Shown: in pieces, positions 31,793 to 40,876 of the stretch
Position numbering within the stretch: the first letter of the stretch is position 1
Layout of the letters: every line of letters starts with the position of its first letter
NCBI GenBank assembly: GCA_963841435.1
Contig: CAWJCS010000006.1
Coordinates: forward strand, 1,184,001-1,248,000
DNA length: 64,000 nt
DNA from: an uncultured delta proteobacterium
GTDB lineage: Bacteria > Myxococcota_A > Polyangia > Polyangiales > Polyangiaceae
Direction of reading: 5' to 3'
Made by a program: the position numbers and the translations under genes
Notes under the pieces: model-generated
Told to the model about the DNA's origin: nothing
Database searches by the model: none
What the model saw: the letters and a program-made list of their open reading frames with translations, nothing else

Positions 31793-32708
31793 GCCGGCCG
31801 TCGCCGAGCAGGCGGGCAATCAAGCTGCCCTTGCCGTCTCGCACGTCCGTGGACCCCGAGACGAGCAGGGGCAGCGATGCGAGCACGGCGAGGGCGCCGA
31901 TGCCGAGCGTGACGGCGCCCGCCGTTCGCGTGCCGGTCTGGTCCGCATAACGCCCGTAGCCATACAGGCCCATTCCCGTGAGCGAGATCGGGATCCCGAC
32001 GCCGAGCGCGAGGATGCCGTAGCTTCGTGAGGTAGCCGACCCGCCCTCCACCTTGACGAGGGCGGTGCCGGGGCCGTGCTCGATACGAAAACCGTTCGAC
32101 GGCGTCATGCCGGGCGCCGTCACACGCAAGAGCGCGCCCTGAACCACGATGGCGCGGTTGCACGGCGCGGCGCAGACACGCTCCCACCCGTGGTCCTCGA
32201 GGGTGCTTCTCGCTTCGAGCCACGAGCCTGGTCGATCGGAGGCGACGTGGACGACCGAGCGCTCGAGCGCGAAGGTGGACGAGCTTGCGACGTCGGCGCC
32301 TGCCGCCGTGCCGGCGGGGTTCGGCGCGCTCGCCGGAGCAGCGGGCACCGCCGTCGGCGCCGCGCTCGGTGCCGGGGTCTTAGTCGCCGGAGCGGATGCA
32401 TCGGGAGCGAGCGGCGCCGCGGGCTCGCCCGCGGGCGCCGGGCTGTCGGCTGGTGCGACCGCGGGTGCCGGTGCGCTCGCGCTCGACGATGGGAGTGGTG
32501 CGGGCGCGCCGGGCGACGCCTGCGGCGGAGGCGGGGCGCCACTCGGTCGAGCCGCCTCCGCGCGCGGCGCCCCGGCGGGGCTCGGCGCGCTCGGGCGGCC
32601 GGGCGCATCGGCGCTTGCGTACGATGCGAAAGAGGTCGTCACGACGAGTGCCGATACCCACATCTGGAGGTGGGTGGCGACGAATGTGGTCTTGGCCAGG
32701 CGCTGCAT
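31782..32708 (-). CDS. Hypothetical exported protein with Pro/Ala-rich linker and C-terminal TM pair
   Basis: Signal peptide, ~100-aa Pro/Ala region, CAAPC motif and two hydrophobic helices. Confidence 0.6.
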   Translation of the reverse strand: MQRLAKTTFVATHLQMWVSALVVTTSFASYASADAPGRPSAPSPAGAPRAEAARPSGAPPPPQASPGAPAPLPSSSASAPAPAVAPADSPAPAGEPAAPLAPDASAPATKTPAPSAAPTAVPAAPASAPNPAGTAAGADVASSSTFALERSVVHVASDRPGSWLEARSTLEDHGWERVCAAPCNRAIVVQGALLRVTAPGMTPSNGFRIEHGPGTALVKVEGGSATSRSYGILALGVGIPISLTGMGLYGYGRYADQTGTRTAGAVTLGIGALAVLASLPLLVSGSTDVRDGKGSLIARLLGDGRLRL

Positions 32709-32897
32709 GTGGGGCGCGATTATCCCAGAAATAGTCACCCGAGGCCGAGCGTGCCGTCGCGCTCGGCGAAGCAAGGCGAAAAGGGCGCCGCCGAGGCCGA
32801 AGCGGAAGGATCTCGAGGTCGAAATTGCTGCACGAAGCCGAGACGACCCAGAAGACCCCCACAAACCTCGCGCGCTGCGCCCGGAAGAAGACAGCGC

Positions 32898-32945
32898 ACG
32901 AACCAGAAACGACCAAGCACGACCAGAACGACCAGAACGACCAGG
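32898..32945. repeat. Tandem 9-bp repeat ACGACCAGA (3 near-perfect plus 2 degenerate copies) in an intergenic tract
   Basis: acgaaccagaa-acgaccaagc-acgaccaga-acgaccaga-acgaccagg, read directly from the sequence. Confidence 0.8.
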
Positions 32946-33110
32946 AAACGAGAACAAAGAACGGGAAAGAACCAGAAGCGTGTCGTGAAAAATGAGCGAG
33001 CGGCCCGTGTCGAGTCGAACGCTCCTTGCCTAGCAAGACTGCCGAAGTCGAGGCTCGCGCGGCGAGGATTTGACCGAGCCGATCGATGAGCGCTAATCTC
33101 GAAACGTAGC

Positions 33111-33996
33111 GTGGGCGAGCCGTGCGCCACCACGCGCCATCGCGTGGCCCGTTACCGCCTTCGATTCCTGCTCCAGGAGATTGACCTGGGTTCCGGCGTC
33201 ACCGTCATCGGACGCAGCGCCGCCTGCCAGATTACCATCGACGACCCGCTCGTTTCGCGCGAGCACGCTCGCATCGTCGTCGATGGAGACGACATCACGG
33301 TCGAGGATCTCGGCTCGAGAAACGGCGTCCAGGTCGGTGGCAAGCCCGCGAAGGGCGTCGTGGCGCTCACCGATCAGGATCGGGTTCGCATTGGGTCGCA
33401 GGAGCTCGTCGTGTGCGTGATCGGCGGGACCGGCACGCCGCCGCAAAAGCGCACCACCGGGTTCATGTGCCACTGTGCCGACTGCGGGATGCCCTATCCG
33501 GCGGAAAGCCCGTCGTGCCCGGCTTGCGGCTCGGTGGCCCGCTCCCAGGAGGAGACGCTCTCCGGAGCGCGCTCCGAGCGCGACTGGTCGCTCGAGCTCG
33601 CTGCCGAGGCGCTCACGAGGGCGCTCGCCAAGAAGAGCTGGCCCGACGTTCGAGCGGCTCCTCCTGCGTGCCCGACTCCACGTCGAGCAACGCCTCACCG
33701 AAGACGGCCGCATCGACCGGCGGCCGCTCGAAGGCGTCGGCGATGCCGCCGTGGGGCTTGCCCTGGCGACGGGGGAGGTCTCTTGGGTCCGATGGGCACT
33801 TTCGCTCTACGCCACGCTCGGTCAGGTGCCGCCGAGCGGGCTGCCCCGCAGCCTTTCGACGTTCCCGCTCGCGCTCAGAGGCGCGCTCGCGCCGGCGGTT
33901 CGCCGCGTCGTCGATGCCATCAACTCGAAGGGGGGGCCGAGCGAGGAGGAGCGTGAAAGCTTCAACGAGCTCGTGCTCCTCGCGGGCGGGCCCTGA
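33111..33996 (+). CDS. FHA-domain protein 1 with CxxC...CxxC zinc ribbon (frameshift ~33650)
   Basis: IGRS...VSREHA...DLGSRNG and CADC...CPAC. The C-terminal half continues in ORF 33475..33996. Confidence 0.85.
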
Positions 33997-34018
33997 GCGA
34001 GCAGGCGAGGGAAGCAGC

Positions 34019-34753
34019 GTGCGTTACGTCCTTCGCCTCGGCCCCCGCGAGTTCGAGCTTCTCCGGGGCCGATTCGTGATCGGTCGCGCCGAGGGCTGCC
34101 AGCTCGCGCTCGACGACCCGCTCGTCTCGCGTACGCACGCAGCGCTCGTCGTGAGCGAAGAGGGCGTCGTGCTCGAGGACCTCGGGAGTCGGAATGGGGT
34201 TAGCGTCAACGGCGAGCGCGTGAGCGGTACGCGCCCGCTCGTGCCCAACGACGTGCTCACCGTGGGCAAGAGCGAACTGGTCCTGGCGCTCCGGCGCGAA
34301 TTTGCCGCCGAGACCCTGGCCCAGATGCCGACCCAGCGGCTGCCGCCCTTCGGGCTCATTGGCATGCTTGCCGAGAAGGCACTCGCGCTCGGTCGGGGCG
34401 ACGAGGCCGAGCGGCTCATGGGAGCCCAGATCGACCAGGTGGTCTCCGACGCGGAGAACGGGCGGCGCGTCGACCTGGCGAGCGCCGAGCGTGCCGCCGA
34501 GTATGCCCTGCGCATCGCCACCTCGACGGGCAACGCGGAACGCGCAAACTCGATGCTTCGCCTGTACGCTGCGCTGCGCCGCCCCTGCTCCACGAGCATG
34601 GTGGAGGAGCTCCACGCCGTGCTGCGCAAGGCAAGGCTGCCGCGGCTCGAGGCGCTCAGGAACTACGTCGCCGTCCTCAAAGAGCTCGAGCTGGGCCCGG
34701 CCGAACGCTTCGTGGCAAGCCGGCTGGAAGGCCTCGCGCGATCGCTCTCGTGA
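34019..34753 (+). CDS. FHA-domain protein 2
   Basis: IGRA...VSRTHA...DLGSRNG; GTG start at 34019. Confidence 0.88.
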   Translation: MRYVLRLGPREFELLRGRFVIGRAEGCQLALDDPLVSRTHAALVVSEEGVVLEDLGSRNGVSVNGERVSGTRPLVPNDVLTVGKSELVLALRREFAAETLAQMPTQRLPPFGLIGMLAEKALALGRGDEAERLMGAQIDQVVSDAENGRRVDLASAERAAEYALRIATSTGNAERANSMLRLYAALRRPCSTSMVEELHAVLRKARLPRLEALRNYVAVLKELELGPAERFVASRLEGLARSLS

Positions 34754-34832
34754 ACGGGCTCACGCGGAGAGGAGGCAGGGCTAGGTCGCCGGGCCGCGCG
34801 ACGCTCGACGTTCCCCGCCCGGCCGGGGTACC

Positions 34833-35696
34833 TTGTTGCTGGTGACGAGCGAGCGTGACCCGAAAGGCCTCTCGGGGGCGCCCAACAGCGGGCCTCGGCG
34901 TTTCTGGCTCGAGCACGACGGACCGAGCATCGAGCTCCGGCGCGGGCAGATGCTGATCGGGCGCAGCTCCGGCTGTCACATCGTGCTCGAGGACAACATG
35001 GTGTCGCGACGGCACGCCGAGCTTCGCGTATCGGACGACGCCGTGACGGTTCAGGATCTCGGCAGCGTCAACGGGATCTACGTCAACGGCGAGCGCGTGC
35101 GCGAGCCTCGACGACTGCGCGACGGCGATCGCCTGCTCGTCGGGCAGCGCGAGCTCAAGTTGAAGAGCCTCGAGCGCGACTCGATGCCTGCCATGCACGA
35201 TCGGCTCACGGCCGAGACCCTGGGCGGCGAGCTGCGCGTCCCCGCGCCGACGAGCGAGGACACGACGCACATCGGAGACGTGTTCGACGTGCTCGGCAGC
35301 GTCGCCAACAAGGTGCTCGCGTTGGATCGTGGCGACGAGGCGGAGCGCATTCTGTCGGGCGTGCTCCAGAGCGTTCTGCGCGAGGTCGCCGAGGGGCGCC
35401 CCGTGTCGTCGGCAACGACCGAGCAGGCCGCCGGCTACGCGGTGCGCATCGCCGCCGCGACCGGTCGGGCGCACTGGCTCGACTACACCATCGAGCTTTA
35501 CGGGACGCTCGGGCGCGTGCTGCCCGGTCCGATCGTCGATCAGCTCTACGACGTCGTGCGCAAGGCGCGCGGCATGAACGTGCAGGCGCTCAGGGCTTAC
35601 GTCGCGACGTTGCAGGGCGGTGCCGCGAGTCTGCGGCCTGCGGAGCGCTTCGTATTGCAGCGGCTCGAGGGGCTCGAGCGCGTGCTGTTGAGCTAG
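34833..35696 (+). CDS. FHA-domain protein 3
   Basis: IGRS...VSRRHA...DLGSVNG. Confidence 0.88.
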   Translation: MLLVTSERDPKGLSGAPNSGPRRFWLEHDGPSIELRRGQMLIGRSSGCHIVLEDNMVSRRHAELRVSDDAVTVQDLGSVNGIYVNGERVREPRRLRDGDRLLVGQRELKLKSLERDSMPAMHDRLTAETLGGELRVPAPTSEDTTHIGDVFDVLGSVANKVLALDRGDEAERILSGVLQSVLREVAEGRPVSSATTEQAAGYAVRIAAATGRAHWLDYTIELYGTLGRVLPGPIVDQLYDVVRKARGMNVQALRAYVATLQGGAASLRPAERFVLQRLEGLERVLLS

Positions 35697-36147
35697 CGGG
35701 GGCGCGCGACAGGCCGAGCGCGGCGGCCTCCTCGATGGCTGCGCGCAGGGCCGGGTCCATCACCTTGGCGAGCTCCGCGCGCACGGTTTCGGGTAGCTCG
35801 GCGCGTGGCCGCGGCGGACGCGCTCCCGAGATCACCGGCGCCGCGGGCGCCATCGGGCGGACCCGGAAGCGCAAGGACCGCACGGGGATGCCGAGGTCCC
35901 TGAGGCGGCCGAGTAGCTCGCCCGTGAAGAAACTGAGCTCCTGCGCCCACGCCGCCGAGGCCACGTGCAGCGTGAGCACGCCGCCGCGCAGCTTACCCGG
36001 CTCGGTGCGCGCCGCGATGCGGGCACCCACGGCGCGGCGCCAGCCTTCACGGTCGAGCACGACGCCACCGGCCTTGGCCGTCGCGTCGCGCGCGCCCTCG
36101 AGGAGCACGCCGAGCGGCGACGGCGAGCGCACGCGCCGGGGCGTCAC
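35590..36147 (-). CDS. dciA: DciA/DUF721 family protein
   Basis: W..AVG..IAARTEP...GGVLTLHVASAAWAQEL motif followed by a basic disordered tail. Confidence 0.8.
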   Translation of the reverse strand: MTPRRVRSPSPLGVLLEGARDATAKAGGVVLDREGWRRAVGARIAARTEPGKLRGGVLTLHVASAAWAQELSFFTGELLGRLRDLGIPVRSLRFRVRPMAPAAPVISGARPPRPRAELPETVRAELAKVMDPALRAAIEEAAALGLSRAPASSTARARAPRAAAIRSAPQAADSRHRPATSRRKP

Positions 36148-36201
36148 GAGCCGTCCCGGCGGCAGCGGGATCCGTCTGTCACGGGGGTGTGCTCCCCGGC
36201 G

Positions 36202-37134
36202 TTAAGGATTGACCACGAACGTTCGCTCGCCGCGCTCGAAGAAGCCGATGATCTGCCGAGCGGCCGCGAGACCGGCGTTGACGTTGGCCTCTTCTGTCTG
36301 CGCGCCCATCTTGTTGGGCGTGACGTAAACGCGCGCGGCGTACTTTTCCTTGAGGGTCGCGTAGGTCGCATCGCTTGGCGCGATGTCGGAGAGGTAGCGG
36401 AAATCGGCTCGCTCCGCGAACACCTCGAGCAGCTCCGCCTCGTTGATGATCTCTTTGCGGGCCGTGTTGACGAGCGTGCCGCCCTTGGGGAGCAGCGAAA
36501 GGAGCTTCTTGCCGATCGAGCCCTTGGTCTCCCCGGTCGCCGGGACGTGAAGCGAAACGTATTGGGCGCGGCGATAGAGCTCCTCCGCCGAGCCGACTGG
36601 CTCCACGCCAGCGGCCTGGAACGCCTCGGGCTTCACGAAGGGGTCGTACGCGAAGACCTGCATGCCGAAACCGCCCGCGATGGTTGCGACAGCGCGCCCC
36701 ACGGCGCCGAAGGCGTGCAGACCGAGGCTCTTGCCGCGGATCTCGCGTCCCGTCTTACCGTCGAACTTGCCACGTGCAGCGTAGATCATCATGCCGAAGA
36801 CCAGCTCGGCGACGGCGTTGGCGTTCTGACCGGGGGTGTTCATGACTGCAACCCCCTTCTGTTTGGCGGCGGCCGTGTCGATATTGTCGTAGCCAGCGCC
36901 GGCGCGGACCACGAGCGCGAGCTTCTTCGCGGCTCCGAGCACCTCGGGGTCGATGATATCGCTGCGCACGATGGCGGCGTCGGCGTCGCCGATGGCTTCG
37001 AGCAGCGGCGCCTTGCCCTTGTAGCTCTCGAGCACGCGCGCGGTGTAGCCGGCCCCTTCGATGATGGACACGACTTCCTTGCGAGCGGCTTCTGAGAATG
37101 GCTTTTCGGTGGCGAGCAGGACTGTCTTTGACAC
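36202..37134 (-). CDS. serA: D-3-phosphoglycerate dehydrogenase, short type IIIK-like
   Basis: RAGAGYDNID, NTPGQNANAVAE, NTAR and TPNKMGAQT motifs; no ACT domain. Confidence 0.85.
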   Translation of the reverse strand: MSKTVLLATEKPFSEAARKEVVSIIEGAGYTARVLESYKGKAPLLEAIGDADAAIVRSDIIDPEVLGAAKKLALVVRAGAGYDNIDTAAAKQKGVAVMNTPGQNANAVAELVFGMMIYAARGKFDGKTGREIRGKSLGLHAFGAVGRAVATIAGGFGMQVFAYDPFVKPEAFQAAGVEPVGSAEELYRRAQYVSLHVPATGETKGSIGKKLLSLLPKGGTLVNTARKEIINEAELLEVFAERADFRYLSDIAPSDATYATLKEKYAARVYVTPNKMGAQTEEANVNAGLAAARQIIGFFERGERTFVVNP

Positions 37135-37260
37135 GGTGAACCTCGTCGGGCTGGCGCGGCGTTTCGCGCGGCTACGACGCCATGCCTAATGGGCCGAGGG
37201 GCTCGCCGCAAGGTCGACCCGCTTCTTGCGGTTCGAGCCAGGCGGCGCTACCCTCGAAGC

Positions 37261-37478
37261 GGGCAGTCTTGGAAGGCAGGATCTCGATCGGCGCGAGTGG
37301 CGACTTGCCACACGAGAGCGCCGGCGGGGCCGACGCCGTGCTCGGTTTCAGCATCGCGACAGACGCGCGACCTTTCCGAAAGGGCGTCGCTGGGCTGACT
37401 CTTCTGTCGCCCAGGCCCGGCACCTGACGTTGTCTTTGCGGCCCGCGCCGACTGCGATCCGTTCTTCCAAGATCACCC
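37261..37478 (-). ncRNA. ssrS: 6S RNA-like long imperfect hairpin
   Basis: Nested inverted repeats (TCTTGGAAG/CTTCCAAGA, GGATC/GATCC, TCGGCGCG/CGCGCCGA, GCGACAGA/TCTGTCGC) surround a central bubble. G-U pairs favour the minus strand. Confidence 0.6.
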
Positions 37479-37593
37479 AGCTCGCGCCTAGCGGTTGACA
37501 TCCCGCGTCACCGCCGGGAGATTCCGGGGCAGCGCCGCGATCCCGGCCCGAGGGGCGCACGCACTGTCGCAAAAAAGTAAAAGGAGCGATCCC

Positions 37594-38181
37594 ATGAATT
37601 TCGAGGTTTCCCCGCTGCCGTACTCAAAGGACGCGCTCGCGCCCGTCATGAGCCAAGAAACGTTCGATTATCACTACGAGAAGCACCACAAATCCTACAT
37701 GACGAACCTCAAGGGCCTGCTCGAAGGCAAGCCCGAGGCTCAGAAGTCGCTGGTCGAGGTGATTCGCACGAGCTCGGCCGGTGTCTTCAACAATGCGGCG
37801 CAGGTCTACAACCACACGTTCTTCTGGGAGAGCATGAAGCCCGCTGGCGGCGGCGCGCCCCCGTCGGGCGACGTCGGCGACCTCATCGCCGGCATGGGCG
37901 GCTGGGACAAGGTGCGGGCCGACCTCGTGGCTGCGGGGATGGGGCGTTTCGGCTCCGGCTGGGCCTGGCTCGTGCTCGACGGCCAGAAGGGCGCCATCAT
38001 CAGCACCCCGAACGCGGAAACGCCGCTCACGACGAGCCAGGTGCCGCTGCTCACGGTCGACGTGTGGGAGCACGCCTACTACATCGACCACCGCAACAAC
38101 CGGAAGGCCTTCCTCGAGGCGTTTTGCGACAAGCTCATCAACTGGGACTTCGTCGCCAAGAATCTCAAGGCTGCCAAGTGA
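37594..38181 (+). CDS. sodB: Superoxide dismutase, Fe-type signature
   Basis: HYEKHH, FNNAAQVYNH, FGSGWAW and DVWEHAYY motifs; AAGGAG RBS. Confidence 0.93.
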   Translation: MNFEVSPLPYSKDALAPVMSQETFDYHYEKHHKSYMTNLKGLLEGKPEAQKSLVEVIRTSSAGVFNNAAQVYNHTFFWESMKPAGGGAPPSGDVGDLIAGMGGWDKVRADLVAAGMGRFGSGWAWLVLDGQKGAIISTPNAETPLTTSQVPLLTVDVWEHAYYIDHRNNRKAFLEAFCDKLINWDFVAKNLKAAK

Positions 38182-38188
38182 GGCGCAG

Positions 38189-38215
38189 GGCAGGGGTCGC
38201 GACGCGGCCCCTGCA
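38189..38215. terminator. GC-rich hairpin between convergent genes
   Basis: GCAGGGGTCGC...GCGGCCCCTGC inverted repeat just after the sodB stop; no U-tract. Confidence 0.4.
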
Positions 38216-38268
38216 GCTACGCTTCGGCGACGCCGAAGAAGTTGACGCGGGGTTCGGGCCGAAGGGTC

Positions 38269-38739
38269 CTAGGTTACTTCGCCGTTCGTCGGCAGGATGG
38301 GCGCCCACAGGAGCCGCGAGAGCAGCCGGTCGTCGATGATCATGCCGCGCTGGCTGAAGTGCAGGGCGTTTTCGGTGCCGTCCTCGCGCCACTGACCGAC
38401 GAAAACGATGCCGCGCCCGCGCTCGTCGTAGCCGAGCTCGACGACGGCGTTCTTGAGCCAGCGGCCGCCGCCCTCGAACTCGAGCGCCTCGGGGAGGGTG
38501 TAGAAGCCTTCGGCGGGTAGCTGCTTGAGCGTGCGCGCCCACGTCGGCGAGCGAAGTGGCGTGGTGGGCTCGCCCCAGAACCACCGATTGCGGCGGTTGC
38601 TGCCCGGTCGCACGACGAACTTGCCGCCGCCGTTCTGCGACTGACCGACGAAGACGAGCACGTTCTGAGGGAACGCCTCCTCGTGCCCGGGCATGGGCTG
38701 GGTGGTTCGATAGAGACCGTTGTCCGGCAAGTCCAGCAT
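38269..38739 (-). CDS. Hypothetical protein (Trp-rich, globular)
   Basis: Clean ORF with GC3-biased codons and protein-like composition; no recognisable motif. Confidence 0.6.
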   Translation of the reverse strand: MLDLPDNGLYRTTQPMPGHEEAFPQNVLVFVGQSQNGGGKFVVRPGSNRRNRWFWGEPTTPLRSPTWARTLKQLPAEGFYTLPEALEFEGGGRWLKNAVVELGYDERGRGIVFVGQWREDGTENALHFSQRGMIIDDRLLSRLLWAPILPTNGEVT

Positions 38740-38905
38740 GGTGCTCGATTCTCGTTCCGAGGAATCGAACCTTAGCATCCCGCCCGATCGCGTTGCCAGC
38801 GGGCGCGGTCCGCCGAGCCGGCCCCGTGACCGTAGGCCAAGCTCGCGTCTCGAGGCGACAAGACCCCGGATTTTTTATAGCCTCGGGCTCGAGCGAGGAC
38901 CAAAC

Positions 38906-39559
38906 ATGGCAAAGCCCAGAGGCTCGACCAGGACTACCCCGAAGCGGGCAACGAAACCGGTGAAAGCCGCGGCGAAGCGTGCAACGAAGACCACCAAGCG
39001 CGCGGCCGAGGCGAGCACGACCGCGAGGCCGACGAAGCCGAGCGCGAAGGCCAAGCCGAGCCCGAAGGCCAGACCGACGAGCACGACGGCCAAAGGCGGA
39101 ATCAACGTCGGGAAACGGGCGCCGCGCTTCCAGCTCAAGGACGAAAAAGGAAAGCTCGTGACCTCCGATGCCCTCGCCGGCGCCCCCTACGTCCTTTACT
39201 TCTACCCGAAGGATGACACCTCGGGTTGTACCAAAGAAGCTTGCGGGTTTCGTGACGCGTCACGCCATTTCGGCAAGCAGAAAGTGCGCGTCATCGGTGT
39301 GAGCCCGGATTCGGAAGCAAGTCACGCACGCTTCGCCCAGAAGTACGGGTTGCCGTTCACGCTGCTCGCCGATCCCGACAAGGTGCTCGCCAAGGCGTAC
39401 GGCGTGTGGGTGCTGAAGAAGAACTATGGTCGCGAGTACATGGGCATCAATCGCAGCACTTTCGTCGTGGATGCACAGGGTATCGTCCGCAAGGTTTTCC
39501 GCAGCGTGAAGGTGAACGGGCACGTCAACCAAGTGCTCGCCGTGGCGAGCACGCTCTGA
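38906..39559 (+). CDS. bcp: Peroxiredoxin BCP/PrxQ with basic N-terminal extension
   Basis: YFYPKDDTSGCTKEACGFRD and RSTFVVD motifs. Confidence 0.92.
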   Translation: MAKPRGSTRTTPKRATKPVKAAAKRATKTTKRAAEASTTARPTKPSAKAKPSPKARPTSTTAKGGINVGKRAPRFQLKDEKGKLVTSDALAGAPYVLYFYPKDDTSGCTKEACGFRDASRHFGKQKVRVIGVSPDSEASHARFAQKYGLPFTLLADPDKVLAKAYGVWVLKKNYGREYMGINRSTFVVDAQGIVRKVFRSVKVNGHVNQVLAVASTL

Positions 39560-39592
39560 GCGACCGACGAGGACGCGCGCCGCGAGCGCGCG

Positions 39593-40372
39593 TCAGGGCT
39601 CGCGCGCCGACGGCGGCCAGGTGACGGCCGGCATCGGAAACATGGGCTTCGCGAACAGGAAGCCCTGCCCGTAGTCCACGCCGGTATCGCGCAGGGCCGC
39701 GAACTCGTCGTTCGTTTCGATGCCCTCGGCGACGACGGTAGCGCTGAGGTCGGCGCACAGACGCACGACGTTCCTCACGAGATCCTGCTGGCGTTTGCTC
39801 TTGTCGACACCGACGATGAGCTCGCGATCGAGCTTCACGACGCGCGGCTCGAGATCGATGATGCGCTTGAGGTTCGAGTACCCGGCCCCCAGATCGTCCA
39901 CGACGAGGTACACCCCTCCGCGCACGCGCACTTCGCGCAGCACGTGCCGGCAGAGCTCGAAGTGCGTGAGCGGGACCGACTCGGTGATCTCGAGGTAGAT
40001 ATCGCTGTCGTGCGCGTAGATGGGGTCATCCGGCCGAACGAGCCAGGGCTCCTGGAGCTCCTGCGGGTGAACGTTGAGGAAAAGGGGCAGGCCACCTGCC
40101 AGGGGGACGGCAATCTCCCTCACCATCCGACCGAGCCGCCCCACGCACCCCGCGCTCACCGCTCTCTCGAACAGCACCGGAGGGCTGCTGAGCTTCTTCT
40201 GCGCGCAGCGCGCCAGCGCCTCGTACGCGAAGATCCCTCCGTCGTCCATGCGCACGATGGGCTGAAAGACCACGCTCAGCTCGTCCGCGCTCACGAGCGA
40301 CTGGAGGGCCATGTAGGAGTCGCGTCCTGCGGCCGCTGCGAGCGGCGACGCGAAAGGCAGCGCCTCACGCAT
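39593..40372 (-). CDS. Stand-alone EAL-domain c-di-GMP phosphodiesterase
   Basis: FQPIV, YEALAR, LEITES, DDLGAGYS, KLD, AEGIE and QGF motifs. The start is uncertain (40312-40444). Confidence 0.9.
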   Translation of the reverse strand: MREALPFASPLAAAAGRDSYMALQSLVSADELSVVFQPIVRMDDGGIFAYEALARCAQKKLSSPPVLFERAVSAGCVGRLGRMVREIAVPLAGGLPLFLNVHPQELQEPWLVRPDDPIYAHDSDIYLEITESVPLTHFELCRHVLREVRVRGGVYLVVDDLGAGYSNLKRIIDLEPRVVKLDRELIVGVDKSKRQQDLVRNVVRLCADLSATVVAEGIETNDEFAALRDTGVDYGQGFLFAKPMFPMPAVTWPPSAREP

Positions 40373-40876
40373 GGCCGGTGGAAGGGAGCTTGGTGGGGTC
40401 AGTCTCAATCTCCCGGGAACTTCGATGACATCGCAGGTATCCAACGTTTACGCTTAACACGCCGCCCAGACCCCTTCAACCAACGCCCGCCAATCTTTCG
40501 ATTCTCCCGAGTCAATCGGGCATGTCTTTTTTTCTGAGCGGCGTTCGGTCGAGTGAGAAGTCAGTCGTCGCGTGGGAGAGTCTCGTCTTCTGGTCCTCTG
40601 TGGTTCGCTTTCAGGTCTAGTCTTCTGGTGTCTCGTCCCCTTCGCCGGCACTCACGTTTTACCTGGCCCCTCCCGGAGAGCCGCTCCACGACTCGGCCGA
40701 CTGGCCACCCTCGGTTCTCCGCCCCGCGCTGCGCGGCTCGATGCTCTCGGTTCGTTTCGCCTCCCGGTGTATGGTGCCCTCCCGCTCGGGCCCAGAGAAC
40801 GCGCCCCCGCGGGCACACCCGCTATCCAGTGGACTCTAACGCAAGAGTGGTTTCGGTGACATTTCCAAAACGATGC

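Noticed and set aside
32898-32980. Possible CRISPR or iteron array
   Set aside because: The units are only 9-11 bp with no spacers and there is no rep or cas gene; kept only as a motif-rich tract.
37261-37478. SRP RNA or riboswitch interpretation of the long hairpin
   Set aside because: No SRP helix-8 CAGG...GGAA...AGCA motif and no recognisable aptamer; the overall shape fits 6S better.
37495-37523. sigma70 promoter for sodB
   Set aside because: TTGACA is present but the -10 position (GAGATT) is poor, so it was not listed as a feature.
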